A stretch of DNA of 64,000 bases from positions 4,551,770-4,615,769 of the forward strand of contig MU054466.1 in the NCBI GenBank assembly GCA_013239625.1, written 5' to 3'. The notes beneath the pieces are model-generated. The model saw only the letters and a list, made by a program, of their open reading frames with translations, had not been told where the DNA came from and made no database searches. Made by a program: the position numbers and the translations under genes. Position 1 is the first letter of the stretch. Each line of letters starts with the position of its first letter. This DNA comes from Lama guanicoe. Taxonomy: Eukaryota. Positions 23,201 to 36,359 of the stretch are shown one piece after another.

Positions 23201-26200
23201 ACTCGAAGCAAATTTAACTCACTTAGCACACTAGTCTGGATGTAGGGGTTATTATAATGCCCATTTTACAGAAGAGGAAACTGAGGAGCAGAGAGGTTAA
23301 GGCACGTGTCTGCAGTCACTCAATGAGGAAGCAGCACAGCTGGCATCTAGACCCAGGCCACCTGGCTCCAGGTCCCCACCCCAAACAATGCACAACCTGG
23401 CCCTGGTCCCTCTGCTACTTAGCACAGAAGCCTTGGTGAACTAGAGTTGCTCCTCAGACAATCAGTCCTCAGCAAAAGGTTCAGAGAATCTGTCCACAGA
23501 CACAGTTCCTTCCCAGGTACCAAAGCTGAAGAAACAGGACATCTCTTGGTGTGGGTGTAAGGAGTTTGGCCAGAAAGTGCTGGTGGGAGAGGCCCAGCAC
23601 TGGTTTAGAAGCCAGGGTCTGTATGTCACTTGAGACTGGTTGACGATGGGGCCACTGTCCCATATCCCCTGCACAGTGCTCTGCAGTCCAGCGCTTCTGG
23701 GATGGAGCTCTTGGAACAGGTGACCAGACGCTTCCTGCTTCCCCAGATACAAGGCTCAGAGCTCCAGTTCTATATATCCCACTGTCTGCTGGGACCTGCT
23801 CTCAACTGAGGGTGCCAAGACTCTCCAAACTCAACCTCAAGCCAGATAACATTCACAGAGATGCACTGATACTATAATCAGGGCCCTTCGACTTATATAT
23901 TAACTCATTTAATACGCACACCAACACTGTGGAGTAGCTTCTATTATCCTCTCCCTTTTAGAGATGAGTAACTTGTCCAAAGTCACCCAGCTGGGTGAAC
24001 CCTGGTAGCCAGGTGCCAGGGTCAGCACCACTAACCCCTGGGCAAAACTGCCTCTCAATAAATCGATGATCATCATTTTCGCTGTTCTGTTCAAACCAAA
24101 CATATCACTTTCCTCAACCCTGCTCCTGGCCCCTCCTGGGCTCCCATCCCAGGGCGTGGCCCCACCACCCAGCCAGGATGGAGGCCCTCCTCCTGTAGGA
24201 CATCCACCTCCCTTCCCTTTTATATTCCTTCTATCACCAGATCTCATCAATCTCATGTCCTGAATAGCTCTCAACCAGGGCCATTTTACCTGCCAGGGGA
24301 CACTGGGCAATGTCCTGAGACATTGCTGGTTGTCACGTCTTGGAGAGGTGGGGCCAGGGTGCTGCTAAACAGCCTCACAACACAGCAGGCCCCACAGGCC
24401 CCACATGTCAATAGTGCTGAGGTTGGAAACACGGCTCTACTCCTGCCCTGGGCCCCACCCCCACTATGGGGCCCTCCAGTCAATGCAAAGATCCCTTGAG
24501 TGCTCTGAGTTTACCTGTTTCTAATTGAAAGATTGAAAAAAAGGAAAACAAAAAGTCCCATGTTAGCATTTCTGAATCATAAATGAGATCCGCTCACGGA
24601 AGAGGGGTCTGGGGTGGGGCTGGTGTGGGTGGGACCACCCAGGTTCCCAAATCTTCCAGAATCTGGCATCCCAACCCTTCTGGCTCCACCATTCACCCAG
24701 AGCCTAGATGAAACTAATCTCTTCCCCTCCCCAGTGCCCCCTAAGACTCTCCCCTTCCTACACTCAGAAAGTGGAATTTTGACCATTAGCCCTCTTCCTT
24801 CCACCAGACTATAAAAGTCCTGGAGGGCAAGGGTCTTATCATCTAAGATTCTCACAGCCGCAGCCCTGGGCTGTGTATACAGTAGGTACTCAATGCATGT
24901 TTCTTGCAAATGAAAGGAAGGAAGGAATTTCAGGAGCCTCCAGACACCCTCCCCAGCGACGTCTTGGGGTGGGGCAGCCAGGTTTGAGGAATACACGTGG
25001 GGGAAGTGGGGGGATGATTCCTCAGCCTCAGCCCCGCCCCAGCCCCACCCTACTGCTGCACAGTTGGAACTTGGGGCGGGGGTTTATCCCTCTTTGCTGA
25101 GCCTGTTTATCCGGTTTCCACTAGAATTGGCCACCTTTTTGGGGTGTGAGATCCCAGCGTCATCAGGGGCAATGGAAGGCGACAGGGGTCACCCAGGCCC
25201 TGGGGCAGATGCTGAGGTTCTGAGACCCGCACCCAGCACTCATGGGCTGCTCCCTTGGGAGTGAGAATGGCAGGCCCCCAGGGGCCCCAAGATCCCCCAG
25301 TCATAACACATGCACCCCCATATCACAAGGCCCAAAAGCCCTGCTCACAGCTTCCTTCTGCCAATGGGAAGAGGCGTTCATTTCGGGAAGCCCTGATCCC
25401 AGAGGCCAGTGGCCTCACAGTCATAGGTCAAGAAAATCAGAGGAAAACGCAGAGCACATTGGGACCCTGATTCACCAAAAACAAGCGCCTGGGAGCTCTC
25501 TATCCCTGGGAGGCAGGCAGCCCCTGCAAACAGCACCCAATGTTCCTGGACCACTTTGCCTAGCACTTAAATGATCTAATTCCACGTAATCCTCATAACA
25601 AGCCTATGCTGTGGGTGATGGGCATGGGGTCACCTAGCTCCTAAGTGGCTAAGCTAGACTTGAGCCCTACCCATCAGCATGTCCTGGAGGGGTCCCGGGA
25701 CCCCTGAGGGGAAGAGCATCTTGATGCTCCCCTTCCTGGAGTCTGCCTTTATGGTGCAGGGAAGCTCAGGCATGGGCCAAAGGCCTAGATCAAAGCAGAG
25801 GTGAGGTGCTAATTACTCCCTAACAGCTGCAGATTGCTAGGTGGGCTCTGACCTAATAAACCAAGCTGTGATCGTTTTCCCTTTATAGGTCACCTTCTCA
25901 GGCCCGGCCCCCAAGGGAAAGCCCTGCGAGGCTTCTGGGACCCTCCCTGTGATCTCAAGTGACACGACACTTTTTTCGGGGGCCTTAGGAGGTGTGTAAG
26001 GTTGGGGTAGTCAAATGCCAACCCCGGCACCTTCTTGCAGGCGCCTTTCCACACTCACGCAGGCCTGGAGCCTGTCAGAAGGAATCATGCATCTCACCTG
26101 CAGAGAAAGCTGCATTTTCCTTTGGGGGCAATTTGGGGAGGGAGGGAACAGTCATGGCCTGTGGCCCCTGGGCACCAAGGAAACTGGCATCACAGGAACA

Positions 26201-26677
26201 TTATTACATTTTGCAGGGTTCAACATACTTTCATCTTCCCCAGCCCTGAGCCTCCTCAATAACCCCATGAGGAGGTAAGCAGGGCAGGTTGTTTTATCCC
26301 CATTTTACACATGGGGAAACTGAGGCTGGAAGGGACAGAGTTGACTTGCAGAGGTCACAGAGTCAGTGAGAAACTTGGGACAAGGAGTGCCAACTCCTGG
26401 GCATCCTACTGCCCTTCCCCAGGAAAGCCTCTCTAACCAGACCCCATTTCCAAAGTCAGATTCCCACGAGGCATTGCAGGCAGTTACAAGTAAGTACCTT
26501 AATCCAGGTAAGGGCGACTCAAGTGCCCCCAACCCAGCCTGTGGTGAGAGGGACACCTTCAAACCTGACATAAAACCCTGTTGGCCCCCCGCTTCCCCTT
26601 ACCTTGTTAAACTGGAAGAGGTCCCGCTTGAGCCTCTCTCTCGCAGGGTCATGTCCCGGCCTCAGGAACCGCCTCAT
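5299..26677 (-). CDS. LLGL2: LLGL scribble cell polarity complex component 2 (lethal giant larvae homolog 2; WD40/LLGL domains), about 1022 aa, 25 coding exons
   Basis: Coding exons in transcript order: 26603-26677, 17892-17989, 16574-16655, 16194-16309, 15686-15844, 13694-13856, 13424-13556, 13074-13128, 12297-12451, 10792-11009, 10651-10718, 10373-10526, 10179-10283, 9478-9770, 9234-9384, 8726-8876, 7930-8046, 7645-7811, 6918-7182, 6520-6673, 6237-6265, 5956-6003, 5713-5755, 5534-5595, 5299-5306 (sum 3069 nt). All introns are GT-AG and phase-consistent. Peptides: [42 protein letters not shown]..., aPKC-site segment [25 protein letters not shown]-terminus ...SLGNGGAE*. Confidence 0.97.
11130..11626 (+). 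mobile_element. Decayed L1 ORF2 reverse-transcriptase fragment in LLGL2 intron 10 (spans an N-gap)
   Basis: Translates with frameshifts to L1 RT-like blocks: [66 protein letters not shown] (FADD-motif equivalent). Confidence 0.85.
11251..11400. other. Assembly gap (150 N)
   Basis: run of n. Confidence 1.
14360..14510. mobile_element. Probable MaLR (MLT1-type) LTR fragment
   Basis: cctggaatgtgatgtgaagtctggaggtgctgcagc...gagccaacactgaggatggc resembles MLT1 LTR phrases. Confidence 0.4.
16656..17891 (-). other. LLGL2: U12-type (minor spliceosome) GT-AG intron, LLGL2 intron 3
   Basis: Donor GTATCCTT (AAGCT|GTATCCTTACG); branch-like TTTTCCTGAGC close to the TAG acceptor with no long polypyrimidine tract. 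Confidence 0.9.
18704..19003 (+). mobile_element. L1 3' UTR fragment with A-rich tail
   Basis: atcacttacatgtggaatctaaaaa...gactcacagatacagagaacaaattggtggttaccagtgggga...gggaatatagccaatatttgtaataac, then an A-rich end. Confidence 0.85.
19004..19126 (-). mobile_element. tRNA-derived SINE (camelid Vic-1-like)
   Basis: Minus strand GGAAGGTATAGCTCAGTGGTAGAG...GTCCTAGGTTCAATCCCCAGTACCTC carries Pol III A and B boxes, followed by an A-rich (TAAA)n-CCTAATCACCTCCCCCC tail. Confidence 0.85.
20258..20770. mobile_element. hAT-Charlie DNA transposon relic (MER33/Charlie1-like)
   Basis: gtgtggctagtgccaccaaggaactgaatttttaattttatttaattttaatta and ccaaattgagatgtgccataagtgtaaaatacac...acatgtggctcatattatattcc. 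Confidence 0.7.
23190..23390 (-). mobile_element. MIR SINE
   Basis: cccattttacagaagaggaaactgaggagcagagaggttaag MIR core. Confidence 0.75.
24264..24439 (+). mobile_element. MER20 DNA transposon relic
   Basis: tctcaaccagggccatttt...ggcaatgtcctgagacattgctggttgtcac...gccagggtgctgctaaaca...atgtcaatagtgctgaggttggaaac. Confidence 0.75.
26230..26400 (-). mobile_element. MIR SINE
   Basis: ttatccccattttacacatggggaaactgaggctg...gacttgcagaggtcacag. Confidence 0.7.
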
Positions 26678-29600
26678 CTTGCTCCTGTGCAGCCCCCTGG
26701 GGAAAGGGGAGGAGCTGCTGAGGACCAGGGCAAGGGAGGCACTGGCCTCTCTCCCCTAGCACCGAAGGCAGCCACCCTCTGGGCCAGGAGGGCCAGACCC
26801 CTGGAGTGTGGTTCTGGTTCCCGGTTTCAGGAGAGGAAACCAGACAGAGCTCTGTACCTGGAGGCCGGGGCTGCCTAATGCTCTGATGCTTGCTCCTAGA
26901 CACCTGTGGCCTTATAAAGCCAACGGGAGAAGCCGGGGGAGGAAGCCATTTAGCCTGGCTTTATAGGAACCAGGAGGGCCAGAGGCCCTGAGGTTAATTA
27001 AGCTTAATTGTTAACCTGTTTTCTGAAGACCCATAAAACTCTGGTTAAACAGAAAGGGAAACTTCACAAGCCTCTCTCCAGAATGGGCTAGGAGGTGGGA
27101 ATGCAGAGGCTCTCAAGTCAGAACCCAAATGGGGGAGGGGAGAGGCAGGGACATTTCTAATGGGGCCCAGCAGAACTCTCTCTTGGGAGTCAGTACACCT
27201 GGGCAGACTCCTCCTTCTAACTTCAGGGAAGCCTGCCAAGGGACTCTCAGCTTAGGAGCCGGAGCAGGCGAGGTGCAGAGCATACAGTCAGGGGTGCTGG
27301 CCCATCCCACTCCACACCTGGGACCCACAGTGGAGCTGGGTCCACCCCCAGGGCTGATGAGGTCTCTGCAGCCGCAGTCCTAGCCCCAGGCTTCCTGGCT
27401 GCCCCCTCCCCAGCCCCCATCTCTGGCTCTCCCAGTTCCAGCTCCCCTGGGGTGCTGGGGTGCGCTCAGAAAGGCTCCCTTTCCCACAGGTCCAAGTGGA
27501 AGCAAATTGGGAGAAGAAATGTACTCCCAACAAAGAAACCAGCTTAAGGCTCCAAAACCATCTGCCCACCATAGAATACACTTCCAATCCAAGGGGAACT
27601 ATTTCTGGATCATCCTTGGGGGAAGGAGGAAGGATCATGTTTGTTCCCGCTTCTGGCTTCCTCCCACTGACCACAGGACATCAGGGTCTGTCCTTGGAAA
27701 CACAGGGGCCAGGCCCACCCTGGAAATGGCTTCATTCATTCAGCACTAGACTCTGAAAGGAAGGAGGCGGAGCCAGTTCCTGCCCCGAGGAGCCTACTCT
27801 GGAGCAGGGGCAGGTAAAGACAAGGTGCTGCAGTGTGCCGGGTGCTCTGACAGGGAGGCACAGGGGGCACTTGGCCCAGGCTGGGGAGAAGGAGGGGATG
27901 TCCTAAGAGAGAAGAATGTAGCTGAGCTGAGACCTGAAGGATGCCCTGAAGTTTCCGGCTTTTTGGGAGGTGATAAAAATTAACCATCAGGCTGAGACAC
28001 TGCATATGAAAGGACCATGGGAGGCACATATGTGGCAGAGCTGGGGGAACTTTCTGGCAGAGACACACATCCTATGGCAATTCAAACCCACCCCAGCTGG
28101 GAAAAGGTAAAGACCAGACCTCAGAGCACCTCACCTTCTCGGGACACTGGAAAGGCCACCACTAGCGGGAGGTGGGGGAAGGGGTGGGTATGAGAGGTTT
28201 GTGCCTTTTTTGGGGGAGCCAGAGCAGGAACCCCACTTCTCCAAGGATCAACAGGTAGTGGGGAGGCTCCCAGGTGCCCACTTGACCCGAGGCCCTGCAG
28301 CAGGTTCAGGGAACAAACACAGGAAAGTCCCGGAGGCTCCAGGGACTGGGAGTGAAAACAGGCCTGCAGTGACCTCAGCCTCCTGGACAAACAGCTGAGC
28401 TGGTGGCCTCACATTCCAGCCGTGGGGGAGGGTGGCGCCAACTCATCAATCGGCCTGGGGCTCCTGGGGGTGCCTGTTCTTGCTCTCTCTCCCCCAACCC
28501 AGGTCACTGGGTCAGAAGTCAGAGGAAGCTGGGAGTGATGCCCTGGAGGAGGACAGGGGCCTGCAGACTCCAGGGAGAGGCCAACCTGGCTCTGCTCTAG
28601 GGACTGGCGCAGGTCATGTGGTGGGGACAAGAGGGCACAGGGCTATCTGTGTGCAGGACCCACAGAGGCTCAAGGGTGACATCACACAGTCCCGGGGAAA
28701 AATGTGCAGGTGGGAGGGAGGGAGATAGGATTTGGAGCAGGGTGGGAGGCAGCCCACTTGGGAAGGTGGGGCGGGCACTCCGCCCACCCAACTGCTCCTC
28801 AGAGTACCTGCTGCGTACCAGGCACTGAACCAAACCTTTGTGTGTTAGAACAAGGTGCATCTAAACCTCATCCTGGATGTTCATTCACCTTCCAGATCCT
28901 CCCTGGGAGATGCATGGAATATCCCTACTTGGCAGACAAAGAAATGAAGACCACAGAGGCTGGGCACCTCATCCAGGTCACTGAGAAAGAACAAGCAGAA
29001 CACGGATTTGACCCCAGGTCTGGCAAATTTCCAAATCTAAGGGCTCTGGGAGGCAGCAAAGGATGGATATGACAAGACAGAGGATGCCTAATTACACCCC
29101 TGCAGTTAAAAGGCACAGACGCACGCAGACACACACACCCACATGACTTCAACTGGGAGCCAACCAAGCAGTTTGGGGCCAGGGGCCTGGCCGCTGGCGA
29201 GGTCTGGCTGGGTAGGGCTGAGTGGCCTTGCATGGATCTGCCATTCATTCCATGGGGGCTGGGACCCCATTGCCCTAAGGTGATAGAGCCAGGACCAAGG
29301 CAGGGAAGGCCCAGCATCTGCTCCTCGCTCCAACTTACCTTCAGCGTAGCCCCCGATACGGAAATAACTGCCCAGGTCAAGGCATAAGAAGCACCATCCC
29401 ATCCTGAAGGCGGACAGGGCTGGGACTGGCTGGACTCACCTCCAGGCAAACTCCCAGCCCCACTCACCCCAGACAAGCAGGTTCTCTTAGGAGAAGCTTC
29501 CGGAACCTGGGCCTGGAGCCTCCTGGTGTGGAACAGATCCTACCTGCTCAGCCCACTCCTGGGGGGTGGGGCAGAGAGACGTAAGGGACCAACAGCCAGG

Positions 29601-32600
29601 GCTTAAGCACTACAGCTCAGCTCCTCCAAGCCAAGTGTCCCCCAGGACAGCTCCTCGAGGCCCAGAGAGCTCGTATGCTGGGAGCAGCGGGAGCAGCGCC
29701 AAACGCCAGTGCCTGACACAGTGCTTGGCACGGAGCAAACACTGCCCTAGGAATGAGCATACAACCGTGACAGACAGACGAGATCCCCCAGTTCACCAAG
29801 CTTACATCCTTGCAGGGGAGAGTGTGATGACTCACAGGTACGCAATCAGTCAGCGGGATGGTGTCAGAAAGAGATCAGAGCGAGCAAGAAAATAAGGGAA
29901 GACGCGTGATCGAGTGACCAGGGTTAGGTGGTCGAAGGACTCGGTGAACCTTCCAGAGCCTGACCTGTGGATTTGAATTCCTTCTGCCTGGTTCGCTTTT
30001 CTTGCAGATACTCACTTGCCTCCCACCCTTCCCTCTATTCAAACATGCCTCCCCTGACATTCCCTCTCCTCTACTTCCTGGCTTGGCTTTGCTCCCCAGG
30101 ACTGGTCATGTTGGAACAGTTAACTATTACTAACAGTTTACTACCTGTGCAACCCTCCACAAGGGTCTTCTTCCTACTCAGGGACTCCCGCCCTGTTTCA
30201 CCCCCCACACACGCTGGATGAATGAAAGCAGGTGGTAATACCTCCACCCAGGCCTGAATGATGACAGGAAGTGGTCAACCACGGCAAGATTCAGGACAGG
30301 GTGGGCCAGGCAGCTGGAACAGGCTCACGTGTGCCAGGAGAGGCTGAGTACAGACAACAAGGAGAGATGAAGTGGGTCGGAAGAGGGCCTGGTGTGCCCC
30401 AGCAAAGAGCTGCAGTTTGACTCCATGGGAACCCACAGACTGCTCTGGGCAGGGATCTGATGGGGCCCACCCTCCCCTCCCTCACGTCCCCTCTGCTTGG
30501 CCTCGAGTTGGCCCCTCCATCTGCTCAGCCCCTCTTCAGGCTGCATTCACAATGGATTCTGTGCTTCTGTCTCCACAATTCTGTCTGAAACAACCTTCTT
30601 GCCCCTCAAGCAGCATATCAAAAATCACCTTCCAAAAAGCCTCCCCGTCTGAACCCATCCTGACCACTCTCACCCCCTTCCCTCAGCGCTTGACCGCACC
30701 TTAGGTTAAAATGGTTCCGAAAACCACCGGACACGTGCACCCATCTGTCTCCTTGGATGTCCTCCTCCCCCATGTCGTGCTGGCCACTAGGGAAAATCAG
30801 AAGCAACCTAAGCGGCCAACGACAGGGGGCAGGTGAAGGGTGCTCAGCCCCATGGTGGAAGGTATACAGTCATTTAAAGGGCAGGAGACCATGGCCATGG
30901 AAACAGGTACTGTCTCCAAGAGTCAGGTAGAATCTATTAAAAATATTTACATAAGTCAACAACACACTGGAAGGGTTATGGGATTACTGGTGATTTTTTT
31001 CCTTCTCTTGGTTTATCTGCCTCCCAGGCAGGTAGATAAGAGGATCACACAGAGAAGGGGTGAAGGCCCAGGTGGTAGTCAGTTGTGAGGGTGGCCCTAA
31101 GCTCATAGTAGGCACTCAGTCCCGTTGGGGGAATCATTCCTACTCCCCCTGCTACGGACATTAAACGGGTGCAGAGGCAGGGAGCAGACAGGTGGGTTGG
31201 ACCAGCTGTGTGACCTCAGGCCTCAGGGTCCTGGGGCTGGAGGTAAAGGATGTTACTACTTCACAGGCTGTGACAAGTGGGGTGGCTGTGAGCTTCAACA
31301 GGAAGGGCTGGGCAGGGGGTTAGCAAACTCTTGAGTACTGTACACCACGAGGGATGTGGGAGAAGAGATGAGTCCAGGAACCCCCCAAGCTGAGGAGCTC
31401 CTCCCAAGTCTGAAACCAAGAAGGATCTAAGGCAAAGTCACTGGGGCTGGAAGGAGCTCCGAGGATCCTGGCTAGACCCTTGGCAGGGGTTCTTCCTGAG
31501 AAGAAACACCTTCTCAATCCCCTGAACTTCTTTGTTTTTTTAGACCCACCCACAGAAGAGGGCCTGGGCTGCTTGCAACTAGACGCCTGGCTGCGGGTCC
31601 CTGAACTTCTAAAGACTGACCAACCCGGGCCTCCGTTCCTGTCCACTGCACACTTTGTCCATGACCAGACCTACCTCTGAGCTGCCTGCTCTGCTCTGCC
31701 CCGCTCTCTGTTCCCTTGGGGGCCGGAGCTCAGGCTTTAGGGCCAAGACACGTGAGACTTGCTGACCTGTGGCTAATTCTGAACATATTCCCCCCACAGG
31801 TCTGTGCTGCCTGCATGGAACTAGCCTGAGAGTTCCCCGCGGGCAGCCGACCCCGCGATTTCCTTCTCTCTTACTGCTCCAGTCATCCAACGCTGCTGCC
31901 GGCCAGCGCAACATACCAGGGCCTAGAATCAGTCTCCTCACACCCTGATGCCCACCCCGGAATAAAAGAGGGGGGCTACCTATCTGGCAACAGGCTAGCC
32001 ACACCTCACCCTGTCTGCCCTTCCCATCCCTCTGCCTGGACCCTGCAGCGGGGTCACACATTGACCCTCCCACCACCCCTGCATTGCAGGCCCTCAGGAC
32101 AGAGACCAGTAGCGGCAGAGAAAAAAATAAATGCATGGCGGGGTACTTGTCTTGGTTCTCTGCTCTAAGTAGCAGGTCTGATTGTGTTGCAGGAAGGAAG
32201 AAGGGGGTCCCCAGACCAGATTGCTTGTCCCACACTAACACTGTTTGGGATGCCTGGGCTAAACTGTCCTCATGAGATCAAGGCTTGGCCAAGCTGAGCC
32301 AGCCTGTCTTGGAGGTGGGTGATGGGCCAGCCCCTTAGGGGGTCCTGTTAACAACCTGGGCATTTCCATTGATCTGCAGGGAGAGGCTACATCCAAAAGC
32401 AGGACTCTGGACATCTCGGGCCCAAGGGGAAGAAGGCTCCTGGAGCCACACTAGCACCTGCCCATGTTCACGATCTCCGGGAGCAAACACAGTGTGAAGT
32501 TGAGTCCCAAGCTCTCCTCTCCTCTCTTCTCTGCTTATGCTCCTGCCAGTCTGCTGCTGCTGAAACTGCCCTCCCTTCCCCAACATCCTGTGTGAGGCCT

Positions 32601-34770
32601 GTGTGAGGCCCGTGTGTGGCTTTGGCCTCCATGGGCTGGGTGTGAGTGCACCCCGGCACCTCCTACAAAGGGGAGTGGTAAGGCAGGCCTCTAAGCGGCT
32701 AGGGCGGCTGCTGACCCCTCCGTGCCAACTCAGATGCCCACGGCTCCTTTGCAAAGTGCCTGAGTTGCCCTGGGAAACCCAATCTCCCAGAGGCGCCAGG
32801 CAGGCCCCTGGCCAGCAGCTTAGCAACCAAACCTTTGCTGAAAAGGCACCTCCACGGAGGTGGGACTAGGAAAACACAGACAGAGAGGGGGGCGGGAACC
32901 ACAGAATTGTTGTCACTGCTGTTGTTAAGTAATAAAAGGGAACTGTGGCTAGATGCTACTTGAAGCACTTAACATGCATCATCTCATGTAATTCTTACAA
33001 TTACTTGTGAAATAGCTGATTCTGAGAGCCCTCAAGCCCGAGCAGTAAGAGTCCTAGTCCCAATAACCTGACTGCAGACCATCTGCTCAGTTCAAGCCTG
33101 TCTCCCAGGGCAAAGGGCCTTGCCCACAGGAGGCTGCATGGGACCACCTAGGGTCAGCAGCCAGAGCCCTCCCTGCCCTCCCTGTCTGGGTTCAGGTGTC
33201 ACTGTCCATCCTACAGAGCCACAGGCCCCTCCCACAACCCTGGGAGGGTCCTCCTGCCACATCCAGCTTCTTCCCACAAGGAGGGTTTCCTGCCCTAGGC
33301 CTGTGAGGATGGGGTGGAAAGTCAAAATGCACACATCCCCACCACATCTCCATTCTGGGGGCCTCAGTCCCCTTCTCCAATCTAACACCAGCCTCTCTCT
33401 AGGGAAGTGACGGATTCCATGTGGCCAAGTACCTGGAAAAGCAAAGCCCTTCTGGGGAGAAGGTGGATGATTTACATGGATGACTTGAATAGACGAATAA
33501 ACAGCTCGGACCGAACCAGGATCAATTAGGCAAAGGTGCTGTTCTCCAGTCGGGAGCCATGGTCCCCAAAGAGCAGTGGGCTGTAGCCCCACATGGTCCC
33601 TCAGGGAACTGCCCCCCACCCCAATCTCAGGTCTCCAGCCAAGGCCAAGGCCATGCTGCATGTCATGTCTGACATCCTGCTGGGGATACCCTTATGGGCC
33701 CTGCCTCAGCCCAAGGCTCCAGGACACCCAGCTCCTTGGCAAGGAGATCCAATAATAGTATTATTTACTAGAATCAAACAGTCCTGTGTCCAGATGTCCC
33801 TCTCATCAAACCCTGGGAACACTGAGTTAGGTGTCTCCGGTCTCTGCTGAATTCTTGAAAGGTAGAGTCAGGAACCTAGCAGCTTCCCTGTCCCCACGCC
33901 CAGAGAAGCAGCCTCTCCTAGCTCAAGAATTCACTGTGGTTCCTAGGAAGGGAAAGGAGTGGGGTGACTCTTCAAAGGGCCAGTTTCCTCAGAGAGGCAG
34001 GGCGGGGAGGGAAGGCCACCCCAAGGGAGCTGGGCAAAGCTTCATGGGGACAGGGCACAGGTTAGGGAGAGTCTCCTGGGGAAACCTAGGGAGCCAGGGC
34101 TGGAGAAGGGCAGAGTATGGGTGGCACCCATGGGGAACACTCATCTTCTGTCCCATACCCCTCTTCTCCCTGCAAACTACTCCTGGGCAGGAAAAAACAA
34201 AGTTGCCAAACAGACCTGGCATGCCTGACTCAGGAGGAGCCCTGATAATGATATCGCCTGTGTGAGATAAGAAGGCCTCTTTGGGCTGAGTACTCAGGAT
34301 AAATGAGTCCAGGCAGCCAGGGCTGCTCAAAGCAGCCAACCAGGCGCAGGGACCACAGGCCTCTCCGGCCTCCACCCTGGCCCCTGATTCAGGTGTCTCA
34401 AAAGCTGCCTCTGACACATTTGGGAGGATCCTTCAGGAAACACCACGTTACTCCTAGAGACTCTTCTCTTGCCAGGGATGCTCAGTGTCTCCAGTGGGAT
34501 ACACAGCAGATCACAGATTGATGGCAGAGGATCCAAACTTTCTGGCTCTGCATACCACTTTCTCTATGGGAGGGGGAGTCCTGGGGCTAGGAAGTCCTGG
34601 GAGAAGAGGATACCTGTTTCCTAAAGGAGGCACTATGGAGTTTGCAGAAAATCTCCTTAATGACAACAGAGAAGCACAGGAATGTGCTTCCCTCTACCCA
34701 CCCACCCATCAGGATGCAGAATATATACAGCTAAGCCTCCCCTTGAGCAGAAAGTAGAGCAGATTAGATT

Positions 34771-34772
<2 letters not shown>

Positions 34773-34812
<40 letters not shown>
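34773..34812. repeat. (AC)20 microsatellite in LLGL2 intron 1
   Basis: perfect dinucleotide run. Confidence 0.98.
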
Positions 34813-34814
<2 letters not shown>

Positions 34815-36359
34815 CTCCCAGGAAAGGTCCCACAGCGGGGTCTGGCCATTAGGCCTCATTCCTGGCTCTTCCAAGGAGCAGCAGAATTACCAAGGGCTAT
34901 TGGAACCTGAGGTGAGGTTAGGAGAGGCCACGGACCTCTACCTCTGCCCTCCCAGGAGCAACATTCTCATTTTAAAAGTTCTGATCTCTAGAGGTTTTCA
35001 AAAATCATGATTTCTGGACAGAGAAGTCAGATTCCCTCACAACCATCAGGGAGGTCCAAGAGGCCCAAGCGTCTGCCCGAAGGTGGACAAGTGACCACGC
35101 TTTTTCTGCTTGGTGGGGATGCTAAGCAACCCACCTTTACCTGGTGCATGCTGTGTGCCAGGTCACATGTCTTTATGACATTTTGCATCCTCTCGTCAAC
35201 TTTTGTCAAAACAAGGCTCGCTGAGGCTTGGCATAGTTAAGTGCCAAAGCCAAGATCATGTAGCAAGAAATCAGCAAGGCACAATTCAAAACTACACTTG
35301 AATCTGGAAATACACTAAAAAACTTAATGAACATTATCTGAGGAAAGAATGAAAGGCAAGAGGGAGAAGTCTTTTCCCTCTTATTTTACACTTTCTAAAA
35401 CACTTCATTTTCCCCATTGGGGTCCTATTACCTTTTTTTTTATGCCAACAAGGGTCATCTGAGATTAAGGGTCTTTTCCTTTTTCCTTTTAATGTTTGGA
35501 CATTAAAACATTACTAAGTGCTAAATTAGTAAAGTTATATTAATTGCTGCTAAAGGGGATACTCCATTGCTTCCGGAAAGAGTAGGGATGCACAATGATC
35601 CCAGACCTGGGAAACACTGTCCAGTGGCCCCATGGCCACAGAGACGGGCTGAGTCTAACTTCAGAGAACAGGAATCAGCACTGGTCAGAGTCCCCAGAGC
35701 TGGGTTTGAGTCCCGACTGACATAAGTGAGCTCTGTGGGCCAATGGTTTAGGAAAACCAAATCTGAATTCCCTGTGTATAAAATGAAGAAGTTGGACCAT
35801 CTCTTCCAGGATCATCCTCATGCTTCAGTTCACAAAGGCCCAGATCTGTCTTCCTCAAAAGCCACTTCTGACCTTGGCTCCCCCTGTGTTGGGCCAGGGC
35901 TCTTCTGTACTGCTGCTGTTCCTCCACCTGGGGTTTCCTGTCTCCCTGACACACTCATTCCCTCCCTCCTCCCCTCCACAGCCTGATAGGACCTTGAGTC
36001 GTAAACTCTGCAGAGGATCCCTAGAGCCCAAGTTAAGACGCCCTGCATCTGGCACATGGATCCCCATGGGAAGGGGGCTGAGTCTACGCCCCGCCCACCT
36101 CACCCAAAGCTCACCTGTCTCAGGTGAGAACCTCATGGGGCCACGACACGGCTCTCCCGGTTACAGTCAGTTCTCCCCACAGCCAAAGCTTTGTGTGTCT
36201 TCGAACCGTCCAGCCCGAGCAAACCAAGAGCAAACTTTGCACACTTTCTCTGGCAAGACAGAATTTTTTCACTCCTCGCCAAATCCCAACATACCACGGC
36301 GCAACCTCACCCTCCTTGGTAGTGGAAAAGACACTGGGTCTCCATAACGTTCCCTAAAG

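Noticed and set aside
32051-32067. GGGTCA-n5-TGACCC as an estrogen response element (LLGL2 is a reported ER target)
   Set aside because: The spacer is 5 nt, not the 3 nt an ERE needs; I found no canonical ERE by eye
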